Shown: piece after piece, positions 1-10,473 of the stretch
Layout of the letters: each line of letters opens with the position of its first letter
Numbering within the stretch: the stretch's first letter is position 1
Assembly (NCBI GenBank): GCA_037443035.1
Contig: JBBIPC010000001.1
Coordinates: 224,001 to 288,000, forward strand
From: Chthonomonadales bacterium
GTDB lineage: Bacteria; Armatimonadota; Chthonomonadetes; Chthonomonadales; CAJBBX01
DNA: 64,000 nt
Direction: 5' to 3'
Translations under genes and position numbers: made by a program
Notes under the pieces: model-generated
The model's input: the letters and a program-made list of their open reading frames with translations, nothing else
What the model was told of the DNA's origin: nothing
The model's database searches: none

Positions 1-721
1 CTTCTTGGGCTGCGTCGAGGATGTGGACGCCATGCAGCGCATGTGTGAGTCGTCGGGTGCGAGGACCGTCGTATGCGCCGATCCAGTTAGCCTGGCGCTG
101 CTGACTCCACCCGGCAAGTATGGAGTGGACGTCGTGGTGGGTGAGGGACAACCACTCGGATCGCCGCTGAGCTTCGGTGGACCATTGCTAGGGTTCTTCG
201 CGTTCAAGAGCGAGTTCCTGCGGAAGTTCCCAGGCAGGATCGTGGGACGGACCCGCGATACGCAGGGCAGACGCGGTTTCACCATGACCCTGCGGACGCG
301 CGAGCAGGATATCCGTCGCGAGAAAGCCACGTCCAACATCTGTACAAACGAGGCGCTCCTGGCTCTATCGGCAGCCATACATCTGGCCGCACTCGGACCG
401 TCGGGCATGCGATCTGTTGCGGAGTTGTCACTGCAGAAGGCCCACTACGCTGCAAGGCACTTCTCCGAAGTTCCGGGCGTCCGAATGCTCTTCTCCAAGC
501 CGTTCTTCAAGGAGTTCGCCCTGCGGCTCGACACACGCCGGTCGGTGCATGACGTCTGCCGGTATCTGGCAGACCATCACATCCTCGCGGGATATCCACT
601 GGACACTGCGTATCCTGAGTGGCCGAACACGCTGCTCGTCTGCGTGACGGAGAAGCGCAGCAAGGCAGAGATAGATGACTATGCCCACTGCCTGCGAGCC
701 GCGATGGAGGGGACGAAGTGA
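1..721 (+). CDS. gcvPA: Glycine dehydrogenase (aminomethyl-transferring) subunit 1, 5'-truncated by the window edge
   Basis: Motifs GEGQPLG..LSFGGP.LG and TLRTREQDIRREKATSNICTNEAL; overlaps the gcvPB start. Confidence 0.95.
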   Translation, partial: FLGCVEDVDAMQRMCESSGARTVVCADPVSLALLTPPGKYGVDVVVGEGQPLGSPLSFGGPLLGFFAFKSEFLRKFPGRIVGRTRDTQGRRGFTMTLRTREQDIRREKATSNICTNEALLALSAAIHLAALGPSGMRSVAELSLQKAHYAARHFSEVPGVRMLFSKPFFKEFALRLDTRRSVHDVCRYLADHHILAGYPLDTAYPEWPNTLLVCVTEKRSKAEIDDYAHCLRAAMEGTK

Positions 722-2181
722 TGAGCGAGCCCCTTCTGTTCGAAAAGAGCGTGCTGGGACGTACAGCTGTCCACCTACCGGCCTGCGACGTGCCAGAACT
801 ACCCATAGACGAACTCCTTCCAGGCGTATCGCTGCGTCAAGAGCTTCCACTGCCAGAGCTATCGGAGCTCGACATCGTTCGGCACTACACGCGCCTGTCC
901 CATCACAACTACGCCATAGACCTCGGTTTCTACCCGCTCGGCTCCTGCACGATGAAGTACAATCCGAAGCTGCACGAGAGGGCGGCGCGGCTTCCCGGCT
1001 TCGTGAACATACATCCCTTGCAGCCGGTAGAAACCGTCCAGGGAGCACTTGCTCTCATCCACGCCGTGGAAACGGCACTCGCCGAGATCGCAGGCATGGA
1101 CGCGGCGACGATCCAACCTGCAGCAGGCGCCCACGGCGAGCTTCTGAGCCTCATGATGATACGGAAGTATCATCGCAGCCGTGGGAGTTCTGACCGCACA
1201 ACGGTGCTGATTCCCGATTCGGCCCATGGCACCAATCCTGCAAGCGCGGCGCGGTGCGGCTTTCGCGTACGGAGCATCCCGACGGATTCACATGGCCTGA
1301 CGAACATCGGCGCTCTCAGAGATGCACTGGACGAGACCGTCGCCGCCCTCATGCTAACGAACCCCAGCACCCTCGGCCTCTTCGAGACGAACGTTGCCGA
1401 AATATGCGAACTGGTTCACGGCGCAGGCGGTCTGGTCTACTGCGATGGGGCGAATATGAATGCCATCGTCGGGATCGCGCGTCCAGGTGACATGGGTTTC
1501 GACGTGATGCATTTCAATCTCCACAAGACGTTCAGTACGCCCCACGGTGGAGGCGGGCCAGGTTGCGGGGCCATTGCTGTGAAGGAGTGTCTCGAGCCGT
1601 TTCTTCCAGCGCCTCGCGTGTGCAGGATAGCGGAAAGCCGGTTCGAGCTGGACACGGATAGACCAGGCTCAGTCGGCCGGATACATTCGTTCTACGGTGC
1701 CTTCCTGGTCGCGGTACGAGCCTATGCCTACATCCGAACCCTAGGCCCTGAAGGGTTACGCGACGTGGCCGAGCATGCGGTTCTCAACGCGAACTACGTC
1801 CGAGCTAGGCTACAAGCCTATTATGAGGTGCCATACCCCTCACTCTGTATGCACGAAGTCGTGCTCTCAGCATCGCGCCAGAAGCAGCGCTCGGGGGTAC
1901 GAGCGCTGGACATTAGCAAGCGTCTGATGGATTACGGCTTCCACCCGCCGACGAACTACTTCCCGCTCATCGTGCCGGAAGCTTTGATGATCGAACCTAC
2001 GGAGACGGAAAGCAAGGAGACACTGGACGCGTTTTGCGACGCGATGATCGCAATTGCCCACGAAGCCGAGACGGATCCAGATCTCGTCAAGAGCGCTCCT
2101 CATACGACCGTCATTTCGCGGCTGGACGAGACCGCAGCCGTCAAACAGCTCGACGTGCGCTGGGCGGATGCCTCGTCCTGA
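718..2181 (+). CDS. gcvPB: Glycine dehydrogenase subunit 2
   Basis: FYPLGSCTMKYNP, AGAHGE and PLP-lysine motif HFNLHKTFSTPHGGGGPG. Confidence 0.97.
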   Translation: MMSEPLLFEKSVLGRTAVHLPACDVPELPIDELLPGVSLRQELPLPELSELDIVRHYTRLSHHNYAIDLGFYPLGSCTMKYNPKLHERAARLPGFVNIHPLQPVETVQGALALIHAVETALAEIAGMDAATIQPAAGAHGELLSLMMIRKYHRSRGSSDRTTVLIPDSAHGTNPASAARCGFRVRSIPTDSHGLTNIGALRDALDETVAALMLTNPSTLGLFETNVAEICELVHGAGGLVYCDGANMNAIVGIARPGDMGFDVMHFNLHKTFSTPHGGGGPGCGAIAVKECLEPFLPAPRVCRIAESRFELDTDRPGSVGRIHSFYGAFLVAVRAYAYIRTLGPEGLRDVAEHAVLNANYVRARLQAYYEVPYPSLCMHEVVLSASRQKQRSGVRALDISKRLMDYGFHPPTNYFPLIVPEALMIEPTETESKETLDAFCDAMIAIAHEAETDPDLVKSAPHTTVISRLDETAAVKQLDVRWADASS

Positions 2182-2929
2182 ACTGAGACTTCTCTTGGAT
2201 CCGGCAGGGGAGGCGTCGCTCAACATGAGCCGCGACGCCGTGATGCTGGAACGCGCTAGCAGGCCGGCCATTCGCTTCTACGGTTGGTCAGAACCGAGTA
2301 TCTCGCTCGGCAAGCATCAGCAAGTATCCCGCGCGGTACATGCCGCGCGCTGCTGCGAACTCGGTGTGCGCATCGTCCGCCGCCCGACGGGCGGCAAGGC
2401 CGTCCTCCATGGCCATGACCTGACATTCAGTGTCGCACTGCCCCTGTCGCTGCTTCCTCGGGATCGAACCAGTGTTGGGGCGAGCCACTGCCTGATCATG
2501 GGCGCAGTAGCAACTGCTCTGAAACAGCTAGGCGTTACTGTGCGCCACGGTTTCGATGTGCCTTCTGTTCCGTCGCTATCGCCCGCTGATTGCTTTCTGC
2601 ATGTCAGCGAAGCTGACCTTGCGTACGAAGATGGCACGAAAGCAGCGGGTGGTGCCCAGGCGCGCTCGAGATCCGGGTTGCTGCAGCAAGTGTCGATACC
2701 TCTCGGTTCTCCTCGTGTGCCTCCGAACGAGGTCTTCGTCGGCCCAACGGCGCCTATCGGCAACCGGCTATCGGGACTCGACATCGAGGAGCTTCAGAGA
2801 TGCATTGCTGTCCATCTCGCGCGTGCCATCGGTGGTGAGATGGTCGAGGACGCCTGGTCCGACGATGAAGAGGCCGCGGCGCGCGAGCGCGCGGCCATGT
2901 TCGCCGTTGACACAACCGCGGCATTGTGA
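2168..2929 (+). CDS. Lipoate-protein ligase A / LipM-type octanoyltransferase family protein
   Basis: RFYGWSEPSISLG, VRRPTGGKAVLH, KAAGGAQ; follows gcvP. Start taken as ATG 2168, overlapping the gcvPB end. Confidence 0.88.
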   Translation: MPRPELRLLLDPAGEASLNMSRDAVMLERASRPAIRFYGWSEPSISLGKHQQVSRAVHAARCCELGVRIVRRPTGGKAVLHGHDLTFSVALPLSLLPRDRTSVGASHCLIMGAVATALKQLGVTVRHGFDVPSVPSLSPADCFLHVSEADLAYEDGTKAAGGAQARSRSGLLQQVSIPLGSPRVPPNEVFVGPTAPIGNRLSGLDIEELQRCIAVHLARAIGGEMVEDAWSDDEEAAARERAAMFAVDTTAAL

Positions 2930-2935
2930 TATTAT
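2907..2935 (+). promoter_or_regulatory. Sigma70-type promoter for the response regulator gene
   Basis: TTGACA(2907-2912)-N17-TATTAT(2930-2935). Confidence 0.6.
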
Positions 2936-3012
2936 CCTTCTCGATCTCGTGAGAGCTGCCTGTGAAAGGCAGACAAGTGTATGCTCATTCCACGAAAGGG
3001 GTCCACGTCGGC

Positions 3013-3426
3013 ATGGTGAGAAAGAAGAAAATCCTCGCGGTTGACGACGAGAAAGCCATAGTTCGCTTGGTGCAGGTGAATCTCGAGCGAGAGGGCTACG
3101 AGGTCGTCACTGCCTATGATGGACGGGAGGCCCTGGAGAAGGTCGCGAGTGAGCGGCCGGACCTCATCGTTCTCGATGTCATGATGCCGTACATGGACGG
3201 CTTCGAGGTACTTCAACAGCTCAAGAAGGACCCTGAGACCCGCGACATTCCGGTGATCATGCTGACAGCCAAGGCTCAAGACGCCGATGTCTTCCGTGGC
3301 TGGCAGTCCGGCGTGGATTGTTACCTGACGAAGCCCTTCAACCCGATGGAGCTCAAGGCCTTCGTGAAGCGCGTGTTCAAGTCCCTGGAAGACGAGGCCG
3401 AGGGTGAACGGCGTATACAGTTGTAA
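3013..3426 (+). CDS. Stand-alone response regulator (receiver domain only)
   Basis: KKILAVDDE...DLIVLDVMMP.MDG...MLTAK...YLTKPF with no output domain. Confidence 0.93.
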   Translation: MVRKKKILAVDDEKAIVRLVQVNLEREGYEVVTAYDGREALEKVASERPDLIVLDVMMPYMDGFEVLQQLKKDPETRDIPVIMLTAKAQDADVFRGWQSGVDCYLTKPFNPMELKAFVKRVFKSLEDEAEGERRIQL

Positions 3427-3482
3427 GAGCTGGTATCTGAGAGCTGCGGTGAATGAGCCAGCATGTGCACAGGATATGAAGA

Positions 3483-3704
3483 ATGTCTGACGCTGGACGG
3501 AAAACAACCCTGGTCGTGACGCTGATCTCGCTGGCGGCATCTATCGCCGTGGTCTCGAGCCTCTACTGGTGGCGAATGCGGCTGGCACGGCAGGATCGGC
3601 ATGCGCTACGCGGCGTGAGCGAGATCCTCTCGGAGTGCAACGCCCGCATGCGGGACATTCAGGCGCAGCTCCGCTCTGCGCCGGTCGGCGAGGGGCAGAC
3701 ATAA
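3483..3704 (+). CDS. Small hypothetical membrane protein
   Basis: 73 aa with an N-terminal hydrophobic helix; followed by a terminator-like hairpin. Confidence 0.6.
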   Translation: MSDAGRKTTLVVTLISLAASIAVVSSLYWWRMRLARQDRHALRGVSEILSECNARMRDIQAQLRSAPVGEGQT

Positions 3705-3737
3705 CCTCGAGTGCTCGTCCGGGGGGAGTGGTCGGAA

Positions 3738-3762
3738 AGGGCTAGGGGTCGCTCCTAGCCCT
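3738..3762. terminator. Hairpin between convergent genes (probable bidirectional terminator)
   Basis: AGGGCTAGG-GGTCGCT-CCTAGCCCT inverted repeat. Confidence 0.65.
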
Positions 3763-3820
3763 CATTGTTACGACGGCACACAACGTCCGATAATCACTGT
3801 TATGTTACGTGAGAGCGATG

Positions 3821-4324
3821 CTATGAGTCCGTCTGTGGCTCAACGCTACGGAAGACGGACTCCGCGACATAGATCGGCGACTTGGTACGCACGGCGATAG
3901 CGATGGCGTCGGACGGGCGACAATCGATCTCGTACGTCTGGTCGTTCACCGTGAGGCACAGCTTGGCGTAGAACGTGTCCTGCCAGAGGTCATCCACGAT
4001 CACATGGTCCACCGTTGCGCCGATGCGGTCGAAAATGATGCGGATCAGGTCGTGCGTCATCGGCCGGTCCAGCCTCTCATCGTGCAGCGCGGTAGAGATG
4101 GCCAGAGCCTCGTACCGGCCGATCCAAATAGGCACCTTGCGCTCCCGCCGATCCTGAAGCAAGACGAAGGTCTGAGACGGGCCGCCGTGCTCCGTGAGGT
4201 CCCCGTGCTCGAAGACGCCAACGACAGAGACTTCTTTCTCGTCCAGACGCCGCTCCTCCGAGTCTTCTTCTGTGCGCTCTTCGTCGTCCCAGTCGTCGAA
4301 TAGCTCTTTGAAGTCTTCAGACAC
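3821..4324 (-). CDS. Bifunctional nuclease family protein (DUF151)
   Basis: PIWIG..EA.AI, RPMTHDL, TFYA.L, IDCRPSDAIAIA. Confidence 0.92.
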   Translation of the reverse strand: MSEDFKELFDDWDDEERTEEDSEERRLDEKEVSVVGVFEHGDLTEHGGPSQTFVLLQDRRERKVPIWIGRYEALAISTALHDERLDRPMTHDLIRIIFDRIGATVDHVIVDDLWQDTFYAKLCLTVNDQTYEIDCRPSDAIAIAVRTKSPIYVAESVFRSVEPQTDS

Positions 4325-4351
4325 CGTCGTGCTCCAGTTCCAGCTTCCTGC

Positions 4352-5632
4352 TCAGTCCACGTCGGCGCTCTTCATGGAGCGCTCCACCACTTTCAAGAAC
4401 TCGGCGTTGCTTTTCGTATGCTTTAGACGATCGATGAGGAGTTCGGTTGCCTCCATGCCCGGAAGACCAGACAGCAGGCGTCGGAGCTGCGTTATCTTGC
4501 GTAGTGTATCCTCGTCATAGAGCAGTTCGTCATGCCTCGTGCCAGAGCGGAGGATGTCCACTGCCGGAAAGATTCGCCGGTCGGCAAGCCCGCGGTCCAG
4601 ATCCAGCTCCATGTTGCCCGTCCCCTTGAACTCCTCGAAGATGTGGTCGTCCATGCGGCTTCCCGTCTCGATGAGAGCCGTCGCCAGTATCGTAAGGCTG
4701 CCGCCGTTCTCAATGTTTCGGGCGGCACCGAAGAACCGCTTCGGACGGTAGAGCGCAGCGGGATCGAGACCACCGGAAAGCGTCCTTCCGCTGGGGTTGA
4801 CCGTGAGGTTCGATGCCCTTGTATATCGTGTCAGGCTATCCATGAGCACGATGACGTCCTTACCGGACTCGACAAGCCTCTTGGCCTGCTCCAACACGAT
4901 CTCGGCAACGCGCATGTGATTCTCGGGGGTCTCATCGAACGTGGAGCTGATGACTTCGCCTTTCACTGAACGTCGAATGTCGGTCACTTCTTCTGGACGC
5001 TCGTCAATGAGTAGTACCAGGAGCACCATCTCGGGATGATTAGCCGCCACGGCGTTGGCCACGGTCTTGAGCAAGGTCGTTTTCCCCGCCTTCGGCGGCG
5101 CCACGATCATCCCACGCTGTCCCTTGCCGATGGGCGCAATAATGTCGATCAGCCGCCCAGCGATCTCGCCTTGCGTGGTTTCCAGGACGATTCGCTCATT
5201 GGGGTAGATAGGAACCAGGTCGTCGAAGCTCGTTCTCCCGCGGGCGACTTCCGGATCGAGGTCATTGACCTGCTCCACGCGCAGAAGGCCGTAGTACTTC
5301 TCAGAGTCCTTGGGAGGGCGCGCCTGACCCGACACCTGGTCGCCCGTGCGCAGGCCGAATCTCTTGATCTGCGTCTGGGACACATAGATGTCGTCGGCTC
5401 GAGGCGTGAAATCGTTTCTCCTCAAGAAACCCCACCCCTCAGGCAGGATCTCGAGCACACCCTTCACGGACATCGCCTGACTGCGATCGCTCGCGTGGTC
5501 GCCTTGCTGGCGAGCTCCGTCGTCACGGTTCTGGCTTTCCGTTGTTACGGCCAGGTCGTCCACGGCGACAGGATCCGGTTGTGGAGGCACGGGAGCATGG
5601 TCGGCCTCCGGCTTGCGATTGCGAGAAGACAT
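4352..5632 (-). CDS. rho: Transcription termination factor Rho
   Basis: [62 protein letters not shown]. Start set at ATG 5632 because the longer ORF overlaps hpt. Confidence 0.96.
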   Translation of the reverse strand: MSSRNRKPEADHAPVPPQPDPVAVDDLAVTTESQNRDDGARQQGDHASDRSQAMSVKGVLEILPEGWGFLRRNDFTPRADDIYVSQTQIKRFGLRTGDQVSGQARPPKDSEKYYGLLRVEQVNDLDPEVARGRTSFDDLVPIYPNERIVLETTQGEIAGRLIDIIAPIGKGQRGMIVAPPKAGKTTLLKTVANAVAANHPEMVLLVLLIDERPEEVTDIRRSVKGEVISSTFDETPENHMRVAEIVLEQAKRLVESGKDVIVLMDSLTRYTRASNLTVNPSGRTLSGGLDPAALYRPKRFFGAARNIENGGSLTILATALIETGSRMDDHIFEEFKGTGNMELDLDRGLADRRIFPAVDILRSGTRHDELLYDEDTLRKITQLRRLLSGLPGMEATELLIDRLKHTKSNAEFLKVVERSMKSADVD

Positions 5633-5697
5633 AGATGTGCGTGACCTCTGTGAGGCAGATTTCGATGACTGTCCTGCGCCCTGCGCGCGAATGCGTC

Positions 5698-6240
5698 TCA
5701 CGTGTTCACCACCCCGATGTATGGGAGATTGCGGTACAAGCCGCGATCGTCGAGGCCGTACCCTACTACGAACTGATCTTCCACTACGAACCCGCAATAC
5801 TCGACCGGCACTGCGTACCTCCGTCTGGACGGCTTGGACAGCAGCGCACACGTGGCTACGGTCGCGGCTCCGCGCTGCATCAGCAGAGAGCGGATCTCGC
5901 GCAATGTCAATCCCGTATCCACAATGTCTTCGACGATAAGCACGTGCCTGTCTTTCACGGATCGCTCTATGTCCAGCCGGATCTGGACATCTCCGCTCGA
6001 CGTGCGGCACATGCCGTAGGACTTCACAACCATGACATCCACTTCGACAGGCACGGTGATGTGCCGCACCAGATCGCTCACGAACGGCAAGGCGCCCAGC
6101 AATAGCCCCACAACCACCAGATCGCGCCCAGCGTAGTCTCGTGAGATGGCTTCCCCCAGCTCCCCTACCCTTTTCGAGATCGCCTCCGCCGTGATCAGGA
6201 GATCGGGAGTCTGGTTTCGGCCTGCGGTCAGATCGGTCAT
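5698..6240 (-). CDS. hpt: Hypoxanthine phosphoribosyltransferase
   Basis: [22 protein letters not shown]...[12 protein letters not shown] overlap with the guaA stop. Confidence 0.95.
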   Translation of the reverse strand: MTDLTAGRNQTPDLLITAEAISKRVGELGEAISRDYAGRDLVVVGLLLGALPFVSDLVRHITVPVEVDVMVVKSYGMCRTSSGDVQIRLDIERSVKDRHVLIVEDIVDTGLTLREIRSLLMQRGAATVATCALLSKPSRRRYAVPVEYCGFVVEDQFVVGYGLDDRGLYRNLPYIGVVNT

Positions 6241-7778
6241 TCCCATTCGATGGTAGCTGGCGGCTTAGAGCTTATGTCATAGACAACACGGTTGACGCCG
6301 GGCACCTCGTTCGTGATGCGGTTGCTCACTCTCTGCAACAGATCGTATGGCAGCCTGGCCCAGTCCGCTGTCATGGCGTCTTCGCTGGTGACGGCCCGGA
6401 GAATGACCGGATGGGAGTAGGTCCGTGCGTCTCCCATGACCCCCACACTGCGTATGCCTGGCGCCAACGCGGCGAAGGCCTGCCACGTCTGCCGGTAAAG
6501 ACCGGCCAACTTCAGTTCCTCGACGAAGATCGCGTCGGCTCTACGCAGTGTCTCCAGCCGCTGTCGAGTCACTTCTCCCGTGATGCGAATGGCCAACCCC
6601 GGTCCAGGGAACGGATGGCGCCAGACGATATTCTCCGGCAGGCCAAGCTGTTCTGCCACATCGCGTACTTCGTCCTTGAAGAGGTACCTGAGTGGCTCGA
6701 TCACCTCGAGTCCCATCTTCTCCGGCAACCCGCCGACATTATGGTGGGTCTTGATCGTCGCAGCCACTCCACCGCCACTCTCTATAACGTCAGGGTACAA
6801 AGTTCCTTGCGCCAAGAAGGTTACGCCGGGAATGGACTTGGCATGCTCTTCGAACACACGGACGAACTGCTCGCCGATCCTCCTGCGCTTCTCCTCCGGA
6901 TCCACCACGCCCTCCAACTGCTGGAGGAAGCGTTGCGATGCGTCCACGTACACCAAACGTATTCCCAGGGCAGCCGCGAAATCCTGCCTCACTTCCTCAG
7001 CTTCGCCTTGTCGCAGCAGCCCATGGTCCACGAACACACAGGTCAGTCGGTCCCCGATAGCACGATGGACGAGGGCGGCCACGGTGCAGGAATCTACACC
7101 TCCCGATACCCCACATACGACGCCCTTATCGCCCACCGTGTTCCGTATCGCTGCGATAGCCTCGTCAACGAAGGAGGCCGCGGTCCACAGGCCATGGCAG
7201 CCGCACACATCCCGCACGAAGCGGCACAGCACGTCCTTTCCGAAGGGCGTGTGGGCAACCTCCGGATGGAACTGCACCCCGTACAGCTTTCGCTGAACGT
7301 CTGCCATCGCCGCAACAGGGGTCGCATCCGTTCTCGCGGTTACGACGAATCCAGGAGGTGGCGCCACCACGCTGTCTCCGTGACTCATCCAACAGTGCGC
7401 GCCATCCGCTACGCCTTCTAGCAACGGATCCCGATCATGGATCCTCAGCGTCGCCAGTCCATATTCCCGTGAGACGACTTTCTGGACGTCGCCACCGAGT
7501 TGCATGGCCATGAGCTGATGACCGTAGCATATGCCAAGCACGGGCACGCCCAGGGCATACACCCCGGGGTCCACCACCGGCGCTCCTTCTTCGTACACAC
7601 TCGCCGGGCCGCCCGAGAATACGAGCCCCATAGGCCGCCGTCGCGCGATGTCCTCCACGGGTGTATGGAATGGCAGGATCTCGCAGTACACACGGCATTC
7701 GCGAATTCGCCTGGCGATGAGCTGTGTGTACTGAGCGCCGAAGTCGAGAATGATGACGGTTTCGTCGGTCGGATTCAC
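6237..7778 (-). CDS. guaA: GMP synthase (glutamine-hydrolysing)
   Basis: [50 protein letters not shown]. Confidence 0.98.
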   Translation of the reverse strand: MNPTDETVIILDFGAQYTQLIARRIRECRVYCEILPFHTPVEDIARRRPMGLVFSGGPASVYEEGAPVVDPGVYALGVPVLGICYGHQLMAMQLGGDVQKVVSREYGLATLRIHDRDPLLEGVADGAHCWMSHGDSVVAPPPGFVVTARTDATPVAAMADVQRKLYGVQFHPEVAHTPFGKDVLCRFVRDVCGCHGLWTAASFVDEAIAAIRNTVGDKGVVCGVSGGVDSCTVAALVHRAIGDRLTCVFVDHGLLRQGEAEEVRQDFAAALGIRLVYVDASQRFLQQLEGVVDPEEKRRRIGEQFVRVFEEHAKSIPGVTFLAQGTLYPDVIESGGGVAATIKTHHNVGGLPEKMGLEVIEPLRYLFKDEVRDVAEQLGLPENIVWRHPFPGPGLAIRITGEVTRQRLETLRRADAIFVEELKLAGLYRQTWQAFAALAPGIRSVGVMGDARTYSHPVILRAVTSEDAMTADWARLPYDLLQRVSNRITNEVPGVNRVVYDISSKPPATIEWE

Positions 7779-7866
7779 GCGCGAGGGATCCGAACTGGAA
7801 CGAACAAGCGCATAGGGATGGCCCAGGGTGAGAACGAAGGTGTTCGGTACGGCAACGTACGTCGCT

Positions 7867-7896
7867 AGTATATCGCAACCCCTATGAGACTGTCAA
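7867..7896 (-). promoter_or_regulatory. Sigma70-type promoter of the guaA-hpt-rho operon
   Basis: Minus strand TTGACA(7896-7891)-N18-TATACT(7872-7867). Confidence 0.6.
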
Positions 7897-7925
7897 GCTT
7901 TGGTGGGAGAACGCACGAACAGCGC

Positions 7926-7955
7926 TTGACAAGTATCCGTCGGCCGTTCTAGAAT
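7926..7955 (+). promoter_or_regulatory. Sigma70-type promoter of tRNA-Gly
   Basis: TTGACA-N18-TAGAAT ending 10 nt before the tRNA. Confidence 0.65.
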
Positions 7956-7965
7956 AGGAGTGTCT

Positions 7966-8037
7966 GCGGGAATAGCTCAGTGGTAGAGCATCTGCTTCCC
8001 AAGCAGAGGGTCGCGGGTTCGAGTCCCGTTTCCCGCT
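7966..8037 (+). tRNA. tRNA-Gly(CCC), CCA not encoded
   Basis: Cloverleaf: GCGGGAA/TTCCCGC acceptor stem, TCTGC-TTCCCAA-GCAGA anticodon arm, GGTTCGAGTCC T-loop. Confidence 0.97.
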
Positions 8038-8194
8038 CGCTTCAAGGCAGAGAGGACAGATTCTGAGCGTGTTCTGACCTTCTGGGTGCGCCAAGCGGCC
8101 CGTACCGGCGATCGGCATACAAGTAGGGCATGCGCTGGCCACTTGCCTCGTGCCTCTTGCCTATCCGCAACGCCGCTCTCTACCCTCGCTGCTG

Positions 8195-8340
8195 GCTTGT
8201 CGCCCTGGTCCGCTGCCTCGCGGTACCACTCCACCGCTTTCCTCGCGTCCTTCGCTACGCCGATGCCATGCCAATACCAATAGCCCAGGTTGTACTGCGC
8301 CTCGGCATGTCCCTGCTCGGACGCCTTGCGGTACCAGGTG
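8195..8340 (-). pseudogene. Sel1-like repeat protein fragment
   Basis: WYRKASEQGHAEAQYNLGYWYWHGIGVAKDARKAVEWYREAADQG is about 1.5 Sel1 repeats, with no plausible start or flanking domain. Confidence 0.75.
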
Positions 8341-8625
8341 AAGAATCGCCAGCGCATCCACCAGACCCAGCCCGTACCTAAGTTCGAGCGGACCGATCTC
8401 GTCCACCACCAGCAAGTCGCAAGGCCCGGCATCCCGGAGAACGCGGTTCGCCCAGGCAGCCGTGCCGCAGTCGAACCACCAGCGACCGGAACGACCGACG
8501 GGGCGTCCCACGGGAGGCTCCAGATCCGCCAGTGGCCGTCGTTCAATGGATCGTAGGTCCAAGGCGAGAATCTGACGGCGCTCCCCGACAGCAGGCCATG
8601 CGCCGCGCGCCGAAGTCGGCGACAT
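8340..8625 (-). pseudogene. NTPase (THEP1/DUF2478-like) fragment
   Basis: Walker-B-type CDLLVVDEIGPLEL..G.G but no Walker A; breaks off at the Sel1 fragment. Confidence 0.55.
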
Positions 8626-9004
8626 CCTGAATCGTGGTCCGTCTCAGGAACCCGATGAGTTGGCTCTGGTGAGCCTTCCAGAACTCGTGAGTTGGACATG
8701 CCTGATCATCGGAACACAAGGTTCCGCCGAAAAGACAGAGAGGTTGTACGGCTGGATCGTCGAGCGCAACACACACCTCGTAGAGCGACACGTCCCTTGC
8801 AGGACGACGCAAGCGGCTGCCGCCGTGTCTCCCACGCTAAGCTGCAACGAGTCCGCGACGACCCAACACAGCCATGATCTTGCATAGGAACGGAGATGGC
8901 ACTTCGGCGAGAGCTGCAACCTGTCGTACGGGAAGGCTATGTCCAGGCCCGTTCGCCAGTACTGCCAGGGCACGTATCGCATATGTGGATGTCCGGCATA
9001 ACAC
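8543..9004 (-). pseudogene. Rrf2-family transcriptional regulator interrupted by an in-frame TAG (8837-8839)
   Basis: STYAIRAL...LAEVPSPFLCKIM..L.RRGLVAA*RGRHGGSRLRRPARDVSLYEV...CLFGGTLCSDDQACPTH; both halves share one frame. Confidence 0.85.
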
Positions 9005-9207
9005 TGTACGGTGGACTATTCGCGGATATAAAACTCCAGAATGCATTCTGCCTTTGGATCGCCCTCGTGTCAACTTCAGAGGTGTCAGCGCGAGACCTGT
9101 GACGCGATGTCAGTGGTTCGCGGCCCCTGACAAGCGTGTGTTATACTCGCACCTAGGAGCTGGCTGGCGGAGAGTTGCAGGGTCCCCTACCAGCCGAATG
9201 GAGGAGT

Positions 9208-10473
9208 ATGAGCAACGAACGATTTCGTGACAATGTGAGCATCACCACGCTGGAGAACGGTCTGCGCGTGGTGTCGGAGTACGTTCCGAATGTGCAGACC
9301 GTTGCGCTCGGCATCTACGTTCGCGTTGGAGCACGCTTCGAGCGTGCCGATGAGGCCGGCCTCACGCATTTCGTGGAGCACATGCTCTTCAAAGGTACGG
9401 GTCGCCGATCCGCGCGCGACTTGGTTGCAGCGATAGAGTCGAGAGGGGGCAACATCAACGCCTTCACGGAGAAGGAGTACACATGCTACTACGTGCGGGC
9501 ATTGGCAGAGGACGTGCCGCTCGCAACCGATATCTTGGCTGACATGATCCGCGATCCGCGGCTTGCAGAGGAGGACATCAACCTCGAGAAGCAAGTCGTC
9601 CTCGAGGAGATCCGCCGTTCCAGGGATGATCCTGAGGACGCGGTTCACGAACTCCTGGACCGGACGTTCTGGCGCGGGCATCCCCTCAGCAGTCCGGTGC
9701 TCGGTACCCCGAGGACCATCGAGAGGCTTACCCGTGAGCAAATCCAGCGCTTCTTAGCCACCCACTATGAACCGACCAGCATCGTTCTATCGGCAGCGGG
9801 GCGTGTTCGTCATAGGGAACTCGTGCGCCTGGCGCGTCGTTACTTCGGAGACATGGTCCCCAGTGCTCGACGCGAGCGGCAGCGGTCTCCCAACTATCGT
9901 CGCGCCGTGGTTAAGCGTCACCGATCTTACGAACAGGTCCTCTTCTGCATAGGAATGCCGGCATACGCGTACCATGACGTGCGTAAGTATCCGATGACCA
10001 TTCTCGATATGGTACTGGGCGGCACGATGAGTTCGCGCCTATTCCAGGAGGTTCGTGAGAAGAGGGGGCTCGCCTACGACATCGGAACGCATGTGGACGG
10101 ATACCGGGATGGCGGGTTGTTCTCTATCAGTGGCGGGACAAGCCCGGCCACGTTCGGTGCGGTCGTGGATCTTATCCACGAGGAGATACGCAAGGTCGTG
10201 GTCCATGGCCTTACGCCGGATGAGCTCGAAGCGGCAAAGAGGCGTCTCAGGGGCCTCATCGTCTTCAGCCTCGAGAGCATGGTCCAGCGCATGATGGGCA
10301 TCGGTCGTTCTTTGCTGTTCCTCGATCGTGTCATCCCGTTGGCAGAGATCCTGCAGCGCGTCGAGGCAGTCACGAATGATGACATTGTAGCAGTAGCGTC
10401 CGATCTCTTCCAGGAAGATCACGAGGTCATCGTGGCTCTCGGACCATTCGGGATTAACGGAGGTCAGGCATGA
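9208..10473 (+). CDS. M16 (pitrilysin) family zinc peptidase
   Basis: HFVEHMLFKGT (HxxEH), NAFTEKEYT, LGGTMSSRLFQEVREKRGLAY; GGAGG SD. Confidence 0.95.
   Translation: MSNERFRDNVSITTLENGLRVVSEYVPNVQTVALGIYVRVGARFERADEAGLTHFVEHMLFKGTGRRSARDLVAAIESRGGNINAFTEKEYTCYYVRALAEDVPLATDILADMIRDPRLAEEDINLEKQVVLEEIRRSRDDPEDAVHELLDRTFWRGHPLSSPVLGTPRTIERLTREQIQRFLATHYEPTSIVLSAAGRVRHRELVRLARRYFGDMVPSARRERQRSPNYRRAVVKRHRSYEQVLFCIGMPAYAYHDVRKYPMTILDMVLGGTMSSRLFQEVREKRGLAYDIGTHVDGYRDGGLFSISGGTSPATFGAVVDLIHEEIRKVVVHGLTPDELEAAKRRLRGLIVFSLESMVQRMMGIGRSLLFLDRVIPLAEILQRVEAVTNDDIVAVASDLFQEDHEVIVALGPFGINGGQA

Noticed and set aside
5633..6010. Long N-terminal extension of the Rho ORF
   Set aside because: It overlaps hpt in another frame and reads as Arg-rich shadow sequence; ATG 5632 is the more plausible start.
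6411..7421. Long antisense ORFs opposite guaA (and similarly opposite priA, dnaK and others)
   Set aside because: Typical high-GC shadow ORFs with no recognisable motifs.
8837..8839. Genome-wide TAG reassignment
   Set aside because: TAG ends intact genes such as dapB, kdsD and tyrS at their expected C-termini.
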